Origin: Collinsella sp.
Lineage (GTDB): Bacteria; Actinomycetota; Coriobacteriia; Coriobacteriales; Coriobacteriaceae
Length of the DNA stretch: 64,000 nucleotides
Reading direction: 5' to 3'
Assembly: GCA_019414045.1 (NCBI GenBank)
Contig: DXMW01000018.1
Coordinates: forward strand, 4,872 to 68,871
Shown: positions 19,651 through 30,482 of the stretch, piece after piece
Layout: each line of letters opens with the position of its first letter
Numbering within the stretch: position 1 is the first letter of the stretch
Notes under the pieces: generated by a model
The model's database searches: none
Seen by the model: only the letters and a program-made list of their open reading frames with translations
Told to the model about the DNA's origin: nothing
Translations under genes and position numbers: made by a program

Positions 19651-21951
19651 ATGGTCAAGCTGTACGAGGACGGCATCTACCTGCGCGGCGGTAGCGAGGT
19701 TGTGCCTGTGGCCGAGGCTGCTGAGCGTGGCATTACGCAGGCGCCCGAGGATGCCAAACGCGGCACCATCGCGTATTCGATCCTCCAGGCACACAATACG
19801 TCGGGCGACCCCGAGGCACTCAAGATTCGCTTCGATGCCATGGCGAGCCACGACATCACCTTTGTCGGCATCATCCAGACGGCGCGCGCTTCGGGCATGG
19901 AGCAGTTCCCGCTGCCTTACGTGCTCACCAACTGCCATAACTCGCTGTGCGCCGTGGGCGGCACCATCAATGAGGACGACCACGTCTTTGGCCTTTCCGC
20001 AGCCAAGAAGTACGGCGGCATCTTCGTTCCGCCGCACATCGCCGTCATCCACTCCTTTATGCGCGAGAACTTCGCCGGTTGCGGCAAGATGATCCTGGGT
20101 TCCGACTCGCACACCCGCTATGGTGCCCTGGGTACCATAGCCGTGGGCGAGGGCGGCGGCGAGTTGGCAAAGCAGCTGCTGCGCGACACCTACGATGTCG
20201 CCTATCCCGGCGTCGTGGCCATCTACCTCACGGGCGCCCCGCGCCCCGGCGTCGGCCCGCACGACGTGGCGCTCGCCATCATTCGCGCCGTCTTTGCCAA
20301 GGGCTACGTCAAGAACAATGTCATGGAGTTTGTGGGCCCGGGCATCGCGAGCATGACGACCGACTACCGCAACGGCGTTGACGTCATGACCACCGAGACC
20401 ACCTGCCTGTCGAGCATCTGGGCCACCGACGAGGACACGCACGCGTTTTTGACCATGCACGGCCGCGGCGACGACTATCGCGAGCTCAAGCCCGCCGATG
20501 TCGCCTACTACGACGGTTGCGTCGAGGTCGACCTGTCGAGCATCAAGCCCATGATCGCACTGCCGTTCCATCCTTCCAACGGCTTTGAGATCGACGAGCT
20601 CAACGAGAACCTCGAGGACATCCTGCACGAGGTGGAGCTCGAGGCCGCCAAGATCGGCGAGGGCAAGACGCACTTTAGCCTGCTCGACAAGATCGTCGAC
20701 GGCAAGCTGCACGTGCAGCAGGGCGTTATCGCCGGCTGCTCGGGCGGCAACTATGACTCCGTGGTCCAGGCTGCCCGCGTGCTCAAGGGCGCCAATACCG
20801 GCTGCGGCGAGTTCTCGCTGTCGGTCTATCCCACGAGCCAGCCCGTGGCGCTCGAACTTACACGCCGCGGCTACATCTACGACCTCATGGAGGCCGGCGC
20901 AATCGTGCGCACGGCATTCTGCGGCCCGTGCTTCGGCGCCGGCGACACGCCCGCCAACAACGGCCTTTCGATCCGTCACACCACGCGCAACTTCCCCAAC
21001 CGCGAGGGTTCCAAGCCGGGTAATGGCCAGCTGAGCGCCGTGGCCCTGATGGACGCCCGCTCCATTGCGGCAACGGCTGCCAACGGCGGCGTCCTGACGC
21101 CGGCGACCGACCTGCCCGAGGACACTTGGGACGAGGCCTGCGAGTACACCTTTGACGACGCGCCGTACAAGAAGCGCGTGTACTGGGGCTTTGGCAAGGC
21201 GGAGCCTGCCGACGAGCTGGTCGAAGGCCCCAACATCAAGCCGTGGCCCGCGATGGAGCCGCTCGGCGACGACATCCTGCTCAAGGTTTGCTCCAAGATC
21301 ATGGACCCGGTCACCACGACCGACGAGCTCATTCCCTCGGGCGAGACGAGCTCCTTCCGCTCCAACCCGCTGGGCCTGGCTGAGTTTACGCTGAGCCGCC
21401 GCGACCCGGCCTACGTGGGTCGCTCCAAGGAGGTCGACGCTGTGGAGAAGCGTCGCGTTGCCGGCGAGTCCGCGGGCGACCTGGCGGCGTTCGATGCCGA
21501 GCTTGCCGGTGTGTTTGAGGCGCTGGCCGGCGCGGGTGTCGCGGCCGATGCCAAGGCGACCGAGTTCGGTTCCATGATTTACGCCAAGAAGCCTGGCGAC
21601 GGCAGCGCCCGCGAGCAGGCCGCGAGCTGCCAGCGCGTAATTGGCGGCCTGGCCAACATCGTCCACGAGTACGCCACCAAGCGCTATCGCTCCAACGTGA
21701 TGAACTGGGGCATGGTGCCCTTCCAGATGGAGGCCGAGCCCAACTTTGAGGTGGGCGATTACGTCTTTGTGCCGGGTATCCGTGCCGCGCTCGATGGCGA
21801 CCTGAAGGACATCGCCGCCTACGTGGTGCGCGCCGATGGTGCGGTCGAGCAGATTGAGCTCTATATTGCCGATATGACGGCCGAAGAGCGTGCCATCGTC
21901 AAGGCCGGCTGCCTGATCAACTACAACAAGTTCAAGGCCGCTGCCGAGTAA
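19651..21951 (+). CDS. Aconitase-family hydratase (YbhJ-like)
   Basis: [42 protein letters not shown] motifs; start at ATG 19651 behind GGGAG. Confidence 0.9.
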   Translation: MVKLYEDGIYLRGGSEVVPVAEAAERGITQAPEDAKRGTIAYSILQAHNTSGDPEALKIRFDAMASHDITFVGIIQTARASGMEQFPLPYVLTNCHNSLCAVGGTINEDDHVFGLSAAKKYGGIFVPPHIAVIHSFMRENFAGCGKMILGSDSHTRYGALGTIAVGEGGGELAKQLLRDTYDVAYPGVVAIYLTGAPRPGVGPHDVALAIIRAVFAKGYVKNNVMEFVGPGIASMTTDYRNGVDVMTTETTCLSSIWATDEDTHAFLTMHGRGDDYRELKPADVAYYDGCVEVDLSSIKPMIALPFHPSNGFEIDELNENLEDILHEVELEAAKIGEGKTHFSLLDKIVDGKLHVQQGVIAGCSGGNYDSVVQAARVLKGANTGCGEFSLSVYPTSQPVALELTRRGYIYDLMEAGAIVRTAFCGPCFGAGDTPANNGLSIRHTTRNFPNREGSKPGNGQLSAVALMDARSIAATAANGGVLTPATDLPEDTWDEACEYTFDDAPYKKRVYWGFGKAEPADELVEGPNIKPWPAMEPLGDDILLKVCSKIMDPVTTTDELIPSGETSSFRSNPLGLAEFTLSRRDPAYVGRSKEVDAVEKRRVAGESAGDLAAFDAELAGVFEALAGAGVAADAKATEFGSMIYAKKPGDGSAREQAASCQRVIGGLANIVHEYATKRYRSNVMNWGMVPFQMEAEPNFEVGDYVFVPGIRAALDGDLKDIAAYVVRADGAVEQIELYIADMTAEERAIVKAGCLINYNKFKAAAE

Positions 21952-21965
21952 CGCGCTTAATTGTC

Positions 21966-22041
21966 CGCCCGGGGCTTACCCTTTCCCGCCCGCTCACGCG
22001 CTTCGCGAGGGTCGCGTTCGGGAAAGGATAAGCCCCGGGCT
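21966..22041. repeat. Long hairpin downstream of the hydratase (terminator-like or MITE-like)
   Basis: gcccggggcttaccctttccc ... gggaaaggataagccccgggc. Confidence 0.6.
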
Positions 22042-22135
22042 ACATTTCTGCGTTCTCGTTGGGTCTTGAGGGACGCTAATAAATAGACTTGCTTGATGCT
22101 GCCTCTGTTATCGGGGCGGCTTCTTTTTGTCGAAA

Positions 22136-22370
22136 ACCGCCACAAAGGGGACAGGCACCTTTGTGGTGGTCCCGTTTGTCTCGACCTGTAACATCTGGGC
22201 CCCTATTTGACGAGCGGTTGTTACAGATTGAGACAAACGATCGCTGCCGATCATTTCATCTCAATCTGTAACATCTAGGATCGAAAAGGGCCGCTAGATG
22301 TTACAGATCGAGACAGTCGAGTGCCAGAGTCGAAAACCACCACAAAGGGGCCTGTCCCTTTCGTGGTGGT
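22136..22370. repeat. Inverted doublet of GGGACAG-loop hairpins enclosing four alternating tctcRaYctgtaaca units
   Basis: Hairpins at 22136-22170 and 22336-22370; inner units at about 22179, 22217, 22259 and 22297. Confidence 0.85.
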
Positions 22371-22423
22371 GGGGGCGAGCTCGATGCTGCCGTGCTCGCT
22401 GAACGACATTCTAATGAGCGTCT

Positions 22424-23092
22424 CTACAGGATTTTATCTGGGCTGGCGGGCTTGGTTGTTTTGGGGATGCCGAGTTTGGATGACGCGAAATCGTCAACAT
22501 TGTCCTTAATTCCGTCTTTGGTGTAGACAGTGACCATATAGGTGCTGTGTCCGAATTCGCCCTTGTCGCGTGTTGCCCAGGCATCCCAGTAGGCGGCCCC
22601 GTTTCGCCCTTTGATTTTTCCGACACGGCGGAGTTCTGTTCGCTTTAATTTCTGGTTGCTATAGATGGTTCGACCGGCCTCCTCGGTGAGCCCGCACTGT
22701 CCAAGCATCTTGTCGAGGACTTGGTTCATGTGGCGCTCATCGGTGTTTGGTGCGTAGTCGTAGGCGAGGGTGATGGAGTCGAGTGGCTGGTCGTCGATTA
22801 GATAGTTTAGCGCCTGAGGTCCAAGGCAGAAATAGGGGGAGCATCCGTCGATCTGACCGAGCAGTGGCAACTTTGACTGCCAACTTCCGGTGGGAATTCC
22901 ATCTTCGTAAAACACGCCGCGACAGATAAAGGAGAGCGAGGTGGCACGCGAGCCGGCGTCGACCATTCCGCATAAATCGAAGGGCGAGGTGATACCAAGG
23001 GAAAAGGGCGTGATGACGATAAGGAAGAGCATCACGATGGGTATGGCGAGAATGGCGATGACGTTGCGACCGGTGGAATGAGGCGGCTTCAT
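22424..23092 (-). CDS. Hypothetical membrane-anchored/exported protein
   Basis: MKPPHSTGRN start with GAGGAG RBS; N-terminal TM helix; several Cys. Confidence 0.7.
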   Translation of the reverse strand: MKPPHSTGRNVIAILAIPIVMLFLIVITPFSLGITSPFDLCGMVDAGSRATSLSFICRGVFYEDGIPTGSWQSKLPLLGQIDGCSPYFCLGPQALNYLIDDQPLDSITLAYDYAPNTDERHMNQVLDKMLGQCGLTEEAGRTIYSNQKLKRTELRRVGKIKGRNGAAYWDAWATRDKGEFGHSTYMVTVYTKDGIKDNVDDFASSKLGIPKTTKPASPDKIL

Positions 23093-23201
23093 ATGCGCTC
23101 CTCGAGACAAAGATCTGTTGAGGATAGGAGAAATGGATATGTTCAGAGAACAATTCAAGTTTAATCTCATGGCGCGAGATGGTCGACCGTTAGCGTCGAA
23201 A

Positions 23202-23236
23202 ACCACCACAAAGGTGCCTGTCCCCTTTGTGGTGGT
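23202..23236. repeat. GGGACAG-loop hairpin copy
   Basis: accaccacaaaggtgcctgtcccctttgtggtggt. Confidence 0.85.
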
Positions 23237-23286
23237 GAGGAGCGCGCGGCTTCTTTTGGTAATAGTGCTGGCTGGCGATATCATTA

Positions 23287-23997
23287 GTGCAGGTAGCGAA
23301 GGTTTGCGTTGCGAGGTGCTTTGCTGTGAGAAGTCCTGCCCGTATTGGATTGATTGTTTTGGCGCTTGCGATTGCCGTGGTTGGCATGGGCACTGTCGGC
23401 ATGGCGTTTCTACCTGCTGCGGTGACGGAGCCGGTGGTCAAGCCTGTGACTCAATCTGTCGAACTTCTGACCGGCGACGACAAGCCCGAGACCATTACCG
23501 TTGATTTTGATGAGCAACCGGCTGCGCTGGGCATTAGTAATTATCCGCGTATTCAGCTTGGGGCCATGCGCTATACCACGGATACAAGCCTGATCGATAG
23601 GGCGTCCGAGCTACTCAAGGGCAAAACATTTAAGCGTTGGTACGGATATGCGTCCTATCGGGCAAAAGCGAACGACATGGTTGGCGGATGCCACTCTTCC
23701 ATCGAGCTGGACACTGCAAACGGCGCAAAGTTATGTGATGTCTCGTACGATCCGGGCTACGAGGGCAATGAGGGGCCGGGCATCTACATCATGGACGGCG
23801 ATGTCGCCTATGTCATGGAGGGCGACCAGACCGAGCTCAACGATTTTATGGGTCAGTGTATCCAAGATGCCTATAAACAGACCTGCTTGCCTGACCCGCA
23901 GACTGCACGCGATAGTGGGTCTGCCCGTACATGGCTGTTCGAGGATGAGATGCCCTGGACCGTCGAATCGGGAAGTACGGGTTCGGCGAAGGAGTAG
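23287..23997 (+). CDS. Hypothetical membrane-anchored/exported protein (start uncertain)
   Basis: 236-aa ORF with an N-terminal TM helix and an acidic soluble domain. Confidence 0.7.
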   Translation: MQVAKVCVARCFAVRSPARIGLIVLALAIAVVGMGTVGMAFLPAAVTEPVVKPVTQSVELLTGDDKPETITVDFDEQPAALGISNYPRIQLGAMRYTTDTSLIDRASELLKGKTFKRWYGYASYRAKANDMVGGCHSSIELDTANGAKLCDVSYDPGYEGNEGPGIYIMDGDVAYVMEGDQTELNDFMGQCIQDAYKQTCLPDPQTARDSGSARTWLFEDEMPWTVESGSTGSAKE

Positions 23998-24005
23998 AGA
24001 CCGCG

Positions 24006-24040
24006 ACCACCACAAAGGTGCCTGTCCTCTTTGTGGTGAT
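24006..24040. repeat. GGGACAG-loop hairpin copy
   Basis: accaccacaaaggtgcctgtcctctttgtggtgat. Confidence 0.85.
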
Positions 24041-24064
24041 TCGCATGTCATGAGAGCACTCAGA

Positions 24065-24102
24065 AAATCTTATATATAGAGACTTAGATTTATGTATATA
24101 AT
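24065..24102 (+). promoter_or_regulatory. HAIR-like HspR operator and -10 box upstream of clpB
   Basis: aaatcttatat-ataga-gacttagattt (24065-24091) followed by TATAAT at 24097. Confidence 0.75.
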
Positions 24103-24180
24103 CGCGCAAAGCTGGCAACAATACTTCTCGAACAACGTGAAGCCGCCCCGTAGGGCGGCCGCCCCAAGAGAGGTGATTCC

Positions 24181-26808
24181 ATGAGAATCGATAAGCTAGC
24201 AATGACGTCGCGCGAGGCGTTGCAGACCGCCATGAGCACGGCTGCTGACGCGCAGGCCGGCGCGGTGGAGCCGATTCACCTGCTGTCCGCCCTGCTCGGT
24301 GCCGGCGAGCGCAATATCTCCGTGATCATCGAGCGTATCGGCGCCGACCCGGCCCAGCTCGCACGCTCCATGCAGGATGCCATCGACCGCGCGCCCAAGG
24401 TTTCGGGCGAGGGTCAGCAGATGGGCCTGTCTAACGAGCTCGTCCGCGTCATCGAAAAGGCCGAGAAGAAGGCCACCAAGATGGGCGACAGCTTTGTGGT
24501 GACCGAGCATCTGCTGATGGCGCTTGCCGAGGACAAGGGCGAGGCCGGCCGCGTTCTGCGCGATGCCGGCGTGACCAAGGAGCGCATCGAGCAGGTCTAC
24601 GAGGAGCTACGTGGCGATGACCGCGTGACGTCTGCCGAGGACAAGACCCAGTTTGAGGTGCTGGAGCAGTACGGTCGCAACATCTGCGACCTCGCCCGCG
24701 CCGGCAAGCTCGACCCGGTCATCGGCCGTACCGACGAGATTCGCCGTACTATTCAGGTCCTGTCCCGTCGTACCAAGAACAACCCCGTGCTCATCGGCGA
24801 GCCGGGCGTCGGTAAAACTGCTATCGTCGAGGGCATCGCCCAGCGTATCGTGGCCGGCGACGTGCCGAGCACCCTGCGCGACCGCGACCTTATCGAGCTC
24901 GACATGAGCGCGCTGGTCGCCGGCGCCAAGTATCGCGGCGAGTTCGAGGACCGCTTGAAGGCCGTGCTCAAGGAAGTGCAAAAATCGGAAGGTAAGGTCA
25001 TCCTGTTCATCGATGAGCTCCACACCATCGTGGGCGCGGGTGCCACCGAGGGCTCCATGGACGCCGGCAACATCCTCAAGCCTGCGCTCGCCCGTGGCGA
25101 CCTGCATGCGATCGGCGCGACCACGCTCGACGAGTACCGTAAGTACATCGAGAAGGACGCGGCGCTCGCCCGTCGTTTCCAGACCGTTATGGTGAGCGAG
25201 CCTACCGTCGAGGATACCATCTCGATCCTGCGTGGCCTCAAGGAGAAGTACGAGATCTTCCACGGCGTGCATATCACCGATAGCGCGCTCGTGGCCGCCG
25301 CCGACCTCTCCGATCGCTACATCGCTGACCGCTTCCTGCCCGACAAGGCCATCGACCTGGTCGATGAGGCCGCAAGCCGCCTGCGCATGGAGCTCGACAG
25401 CATGCCGGTCGAGATCGACGCCACCACGCGTCAGCTCACCCAGCTGCAGATCGAGGAGCAGGCGCTCATGAAGGAGACCGATGACGCCTCCAAGGAGCGT
25501 CTGGAAGCCCTGCGCCAGGAGATTGCCGAGGTCCAGGAAAAGCTCAACGTGCAAAAGGCCGGCTGGCTCAACCAAAAGAACGCCATCGACCACGTGCAGG
25601 AGCTTAAGGGCCAGCTTGACGAGGCCAAGAGCGAAGAGGAGCGCGCGACGCGCAACGGCGACCTGGGCCGTGCGTCCGAGCTGCGCTTCTCCGTGATTCC
25701 GGGCTTGCAGCAGCAGATTCAGGAGTCCGAGGCTGCGCTCGAGGCACAAAAGGAGCAGGACGGCGAGGGCCTCAACGAGCAGGTGACCTCCGACGAGATT
25801 GCCGAGGTCGTGAGTGCCTGGACCGGCGTGCCCGTGTCCAAGATGATGCAGGGCGAGCTCGACAAGCTCAAGGGCCTGGAGGGCGAGCTGCATAAGCGCG
25901 TCATCGGTCAGGACGAGGCCGTGTCCGCTGTGGCCGCGGCCGTGCGCCGTAGCCGTGCGGGCCTCTCCGATCCGGACAAGCCCATCGGCAGCTTCTTCTT
26001 CCTGGGCCCCACCGGCGTAGGCAAGACCGAGCTCGCCAAGGCGCTGGCCGAGTGCCTGTTCGATGACGAGCGCGCGCTCGTGCGTATCGACATGTCCGAG
26101 TATATGGAGAAGTTCAGCGTCCAGCGTCTGATCGGTGCGCCCCCGGGATACGTGGGTTACGACGAGGGCGGTCAACTGACCGAGGCCGTGCGCCGTCGTC
26201 CGTACTCCGTGATCTTGCTCGACGAGATGGAGAAGGCCCATCCGGATGTCTTTAACGTGCTGTTGCAGGTGCTCGACGACGGCCGTCTGACCGATGGCCA
26301 GGGTCGCCAGGTGTCCTTCAAGAACACGATCATCATCATGACGTCCAACGTGGGCTCCAAGGCCATCGCCGAGCTTTCCGGCAAGGACGAGGAGGAGATG
26401 CGCCATCAGGTTGACGCGGCCATGGCTCAAACCTTCCGCCCCGAGTTCCTCAACCGTATCGACGATATCGTGGTGTTCCATCCGCTCGGCATGGCGCAGA
26501 TCGAGAAGATCGTCGACATCCAGCTCGCCGACGTCCGCGCACGCCTGGCCAACGAGCGCATGACGCTTGCCATCACCCCGGCGGCCAAGCAGATGCTCGC
26601 TGTGGGTGGCCTGGACCCCGTGTTCGGTGCCCGTCCGCTCAAGCGCCTGGTCCAGCGCGAGGTCGTGGACGCCATCGCCGCCGCTATCATCGACGGCACG
26701 GTGCGCGAGGGCGATCAGGTGACAGTCGATGTCGACAAGGACGGCGGCTTTACCGTCGTGTGCGACAATACGCCGTCTGCTACCTACGAGGTCCCCGACG
26801 CGCAGTAG
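24181..26808 (+). CDS. clpB: Chaperone ClpB
   Basis: Two AAA+ modules ([16 protein letters not shown]) and a long coiled-coil middle domain. Confidence 0.98.
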   Translation: MRIDKLAMTSREALQTAMSTAADAQAGAVEPIHLLSALLGAGERNISVIIERIGADPAQLARSMQDAIDRAPKVSGEGQQMGLSNELVRVIEKAEKKATKMGDSFVVTEHLLMALAEDKGEAGRVLRDAGVTKERIEQVYEELRGDDRVTSAEDKTQFEVLEQYGRNICDLARAGKLDPVIGRTDEIRRTIQVLSRRTKNNPVLIGEPGVGKTAIVEGIAQRIVAGDVPSTLRDRDLIELDMSALVAGAKYRGEFEDRLKAVLKEVQKSEGKVILFIDELHTIVGAGATEGSMDAGNILKPALARGDLHAIGATTLDEYRKYIEKDAALARRFQTVMVSEPTVEDTISILRGLKEKYEIFHGVHITDSALVAAADLSDRYIADRFLPDKAIDLVDEAASRLRMELDSMPVEIDATTRQLTQLQIEEQALMKETDDASKERLEALRQEIAEVQEKLNVQKAGWLNQKNAIDHVQELKGQLDEAKSEEERATRNGDLGRASELRFSVIPGLQQQIQESEAALEAQKEQDGEGLNEQVTSDEIAEVVSAWTGVPVSKMMQGELDKLKGLEGELHKRVIGQDEAVSAVAAAVRRSRAGLSDPDKPIGSFFFLGPTGVGKTELAKALAECLFDDERALVRIDMSEYMEKFSVQRLIGAPPGYVGYDEGGQLTEAVRRRPYSVILLDEMEKAHPDVFNVLLQVLDDGRLTDGQGRQVSFKNTIIIMTSNVGSKAIAELSGKDEEEMRHQVDAAMAQTFRPEFLNRIDDIVVFHPLGMAQIEKIVDIQLADVRARLANERMTLAITPAAKQMLAVGGLDPVFGARPLKRLVQREVVDAIAAAIIDGTVREGDQVTVDVDKDGGFTVVCDNTPSATYEVPDAQ

Positions 26809-26852
26809 GTTTTTGGCGCATGCCTTACAATCTGCCTTTTGAGCCGAACGCC

Positions 26853-26889
26853 AAGGGCGGCGGATCCAATGGGGTCCGCCGCCCTTTTT
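26853..26889 (+). terminator. Intrinsic terminator after clpB
   Basis: aagggcggcggatcc-aatg-gggtccgccgccc-ttttt. Confidence 0.85.
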
Positions 26890-26941
26890 CGTGCGACAAT
26901 CGATAATGTTGAACACGATTGCATGGCAAGGAGATATGCAG

Positions 26942-27148
26942 ATGATAGACAAGAACAAGACGAATGCGCCGGTCGCCAACGCCGCGCCGGCCGCACCCAA
27001 GCCTGCACCCAAGCCTGCGCCTAAGCCGGCACCCAAGCCGCGCGACCCCTACATCCGTGCCGAGAACGAGGATGACGACGGCTACGATCCTTATAGCGAT
27101 CGTCGCCCCGAGCGCGAGCCCCTCTTCGAAGCCGACCCCTGGCGTTAA
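26942..27148 (+). CDS. Small disordered protein with PKPA repeats and an acidic/aromatic tail
   Basis: AAGGAG RBS, host-like codon usage, 12-bp coding repeat. Confidence 0.65.
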   Translation: MIDKNKTNAPVANAAPAAPKPAPKPAPKPAPKPRDPYIRAENEDDDGYDPYSDRRPEREPLFEADPWR

Positions 27149-27287
27149 GTAGCTCATTTGGGACGGGGCTTTTTTAGCTACTTTGTTTTCGGCTAGAGGC
27201 GTTCATGCCTGCCCCCTCGGCCGCTCGATATCCTCCGGGAGGGGCCACTAATAGAAAACTTGCTTATCCATTAATCAAGATACGCAT

Positions 27288-27347
27288 AATCTTGCTCTCC
27301 TGCTAATCAAGAATCGTTATAATCTTGATTAGCAGGAGAGCAAGATT
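27288..27347. promoter_or_regulatory. Perfect 25-bp inverted repeat over the promoter region of the AAA ATPase gene
   Basis: aatcttgctctcctgctaatcaaga-atcgttataa-tcttgattagcaggagagcaagatt. Confidence 0.7.
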
Positions 27348-27355
27348 GGAGAATT

Positions 27356-28708
27356 ATGGCATTCAACGACTTGGTGGCTCAAAAAATAAAGGACTTTGAG
27401 CAACAGGGGATTCCGCAGGTCTTTGAGCGCGACCTTGATCTGGGCAACCCGCAGGAGCCAAAGCGCGACAACATCGTATATGTGATTGTGGGCGCCCGTC
27501 GTTGTGGAAAGACGTATCGCCTGTATCAGGAGATGCGGCGGCTTCAGGGCCAAGGCGTCGAGCTTGACCGGATGCTATATTTCAATTTTGAGGATGAGCG
27601 CTTGCGTCCGTATGAGCCATCGCTACTAGCGGACGTGCTCGATACATTCTATGCACTATATCCTGCTGCTCGAGGCGAGGGCGCCTACCTTTTCTTTGAC
27701 GAGATCCAGGAAATACCCGAATGGAGTGCGTTTCTGCGACGCGTGGTCGATACGGAGAAGGCGACCGTTTACGTGACGGGATCTTCTTCTAAGATGCTGT
27801 CCTCAGAACTTAAGAGCGAGTTCAGGGGCCGTTCTCTTGTGCGAGAGCTTTTTCCGTTGAGTTTTTCGGAATACGTCCGATATAAGACGGGGGGCGTTCC
27901 TGAGTCGAACGCGCCCTTCTCCTCAAGCGCTGCAGCGTTGCTCCGACACCATCTGGTCGGATATCTCGAGCGAGGGGGATTCATCGCGACACTTGAGCAG
28001 ACGCCCGCAGACGCGATTCAGCTGCTACAGGAATATGCGTCGCGAACGGTCGCCATGGACGTCGTTGAACGTTACGACGTCAAGAACCCCCGTTTGGCCT
28101 CGCTGTTTCTGGCGCGGTGCATGGCATCTTCGGGACGAGAGCTGTCAGTGAACAAAGTGTACAACGAGTTCAAGAGCAGACAGATATCCGTCAGTCGAAA
28201 TACGCTCAGCGACTTACTTGAGTATTACGAGGACGCCTACCTGCTGTTTTCGGTGCCGGAGTTCACGCGTTCGCTTGCAAATAATACGCGGTCTGCGTCT
28301 AAGGTCTACGCCGTCGATCCTGCGATGTTCGGAGCGTTCTCCCCCGCATCGGCATTGGATCATGGTCAGAGGCTCGAGACCGCGGTGTTCAATGCGCTCA
28401 GAAGAAGGGCCCCCGCCGTGCGGCCCGGTTCGGTTTGCCGCCTGCTGATTAAAGATAAGAATAAAAGCCATGAGGTGGACTTTGTGGCTGGGGATGCACT
28501 GCTCATGCAGGCTTACGGCCTGATTCAGGTAAGTGTGGATATGACAAGCGAGAAAACGCGCGAGCGCGAAATTGCCGCGCTCGATGCCGCGATGGCCCAG
28601 TTTGATCTTGGCGAGTCGGTAATCGTTACCATGGATGAGCAGGCCGATATTCCATGCAAACACGGCGTGGTACATGCTGTGCCCGCATGGAAGTGGCTCC
28701 TTTCCTAA
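27356..28708 (+). CDS. AAA+ ATPase (AAA_14 + DUF4143 type) with C-terminal nuclease-like motif
   Basis: GARRCGKT Walker A, FFDEIQ Walker B, TGSSS, KVYAVDP, LET, EVDF...IQVS motifs. Confidence 0.88.
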   Translation: MAFNDLVAQKIKDFEQQGIPQVFERDLDLGNPQEPKRDNIVYVIVGARRCGKTYRLYQEMRRLQGQGVELDRMLYFNFEDERLRPYEPSLLADVLDTFYALYPAARGEGAYLFFDEIQEIPEWSAFLRRVVDTEKATVYVTGSSSKMLSSELKSEFRGRSLVRELFPLSFSEYVRYKTGGVPESNAPFSSSAAALLRHHLVGYLERGGFIATLEQTPADAIQLLQEYASRTVAMDVVERYDVKNPRLASLFLARCMASSGRELSVNKVYNEFKSRQISVSRNTLSDLLEYYEDAYLLFSVPEFTRSLANNTRSASKVYAVDPAMFGAFSPASALDHGQRLETAVFNALRRRAPAVRPGSVCRLLIKDKNKSHEVDFVAGDALLMQAYGLIQVSVDMTSEKTREREIAALDAAMAQFDLGESVIVTMDEQADIPCKHGVVHAVPAWKWLLS

Positions 28709-28752
28709 TCGTCTATGGATTTGCGAGGCCAGGACTCAGGTGTCATGGTCCG

Positions 28753-30240
28753 CTAGTCCTGGGCCTTGATGCTCGGCAGGAGAATCTGGGCGAGGTAGTC
28801 GGTCTCGAGTTTGGTCGCGGCGTCTGCCTTGCCGTCTTTGCCGACCAGTACGTTCTTGATCTGGCTATAGGTGTAGCGGTTACCGGTCGTGAGCTCGACA
28901 AGCTCAATGGCCGTGTCCATGGGGTAGGTTGACACGGGATTCTGCGTCCGTCCGTTGATGGTCTGGGGCACCACGTACGGATAGACGGGGCCGCTGGCGT
29001 AGACGGTATAACCGTTGCCTAGATTGGCCGCACCCAAAACCGTATCGCCCTCATCGGGCGTAAAGCTCTCGCCCTCGCGCACCGCGACGAGCGTCACAAT
29101 CGGCGTATCGCTGTCGCCGGCAAGATAGATGCATAGCGTGCTGCCATTTTGCCAAGTCTCGACCTTGCCGTACCATTCGACGGGGATATCGAGCTGGTAG
29201 AGGTCGGTTGCCTTGTGACGGGCGTCGGCATCACGGGCTGCCTGTGCCTTTTGCGCGCTCACGGCATTGACGGCGGCGTCGCGCCGCGCGGTTGCCGCCT
29301 GCTGGAGCACCTTGGCGGTGGCGGCGGAGCTCGCGCCGCCTTCCTCGGCATACTTGGCGGCGGCGTCGATCTGGTCGTTGGTTACCGTGTCGGCCGAAGG
29401 CACCTTGAGTTTAAAGGCAGCCTGGGCACTTAAATCCTGTCCATCGCTCTTAACGGTGACCTGCGTCTTGGTGGTCGGGACGGTATAGATGGTGCCGTCG
29501 GCCGCGATGGGGGAGGCAGCGATGGAGAACGTGTAATCGCCGGGCAGCAGTTTGATGCCGCGGCCGTGCTCGTCAACGTAGAGCGTTTCGCTCACAGAAG
29601 AGCCGTCGGAGTCCTGGCCACTCACCTGCACGGGGATCTTTGAGCCGGTGGAGCAGTCGAGTCCCGCGGCATGTACGCCAATTTGCACCGACATCATGGT
29701 ATGGGCGTTTGCGGCAACTACGGCGGCCTGCTCTTGCTGGTATCCGTTCCAAGCCGCATAGCCCGCGCCGCCGGCGACGAGCGCGACGGCCACGACACCG
29801 GCGACCATCAGATTGCGGCGCTTGGGCGACATCTTACGATGACGAACCTCGGCTTCGTGTGCCGAGGGAGCGGACGGCAGGGGAATATCTCCCATGGCGA
29901 TGGTCTCGTCGACGACTGGCGCAGAGCCCAAGCCGGGGAGCTCGCGGGTGAGCGATTCGTCGACGGGCAAGTCGCCAAGCAGGGAGGTCTCATCTCCCGC
30001 GTTGGGTTCCGGTTGGCCATTGCCCTCGTCATCGCCTTTTTCGACATCGGCTTCATCGCGAGCATCCTCGACGTCGTCGCCCGTATCCGGTATGCCATCG
30101 CCCGCCGCGTCCTGCATGTCGACGATTGTCTCGTCAAACGCAACTTCGTCCAGCGAAAACCGGTCTAGGCTCTCCAAGGCCTCGGCGCACGCCGCTGCAT
30201 CTTGGGCCGCGTCCTCTTGGCCCCTCGTCTCATTCTCCAT
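28753..30240 (-). CDS. Single-pass membrane protein with acidic N-terminal cytoplasmic region and large extracellular domain
   Basis: 495-aa ORF; RRN basic patch then hydrophobic helix at about aa 143-165. Confidence 0.8.
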   Translation of the reverse strand: MENETRGQEDAAQDAAACAEALESLDRFSLDEVAFDETIVDMQDAAGDGIPDTGDDVEDARDEADVEKGDDEGNGQPEPNAGDETSLLGDLPVDESLTRELPGLGSAPVVDETIAMGDIPLPSAPSAHEAEVRHRKMSPKRRNLMVAGVVAVALVAGGAGYAAWNGYQQEQAAVVAANAHTMMSVQIGVHAAGLDCSTGSKIPVQVSGQDSDGSSVSETLYVDEHGRGIKLLPGDYTFSIAASPIAADGTIYTVPTTKTQVTVKSDGQDLSAQAAFKLKVPSADTVTNDQIDAAAKYAEEGGASSAATAKVLQQAATARRDAAVNAVSAQKAQAARDADARHKATDLYQLDIPVEWYGKVETWQNGSTLCIYLAGDSDTPIVTLVAVREGESFTPDEGDTVLGAANLGNGYTVYASGPVYPYVVPQTINGRTQNPVSTYPMDTAIELVELTTGNRYTYSQIKNVLVGKDGKADAATKLETDYLAQILLPSIKAQD

Positions 30241-30373
30241 ATATCCCCCAAGCTCAATATCGGGACAACAATGTACCCAAAATTAAGGTCACATAGAGCT
30301 GGCGTGCAGTCGGAAATTCGATTTTATCTGCGCGATACATTGTGAATATGTGCATGAATGCACGCGCGACAGC

Positions 30374-30414
30374 AAAAAGCCCCCGGAAAGCAAACGAATT
30401 GCTTTCCGGGGGCT
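30374..30414 (-). terminator. Intrinsic terminator of the DUF5692 gene
   Basis: agcccccggaaagcaa/ttgctttccgggggct hairpin with a T-run on the minus strand. Confidence 0.8.
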
Positions 30415-30482
30415 GCGCATAACGCGAGATTACGGAGCCAAAGAGACGCGCCTACATCCAAATGCGGACGGCAGCGAGCGCG

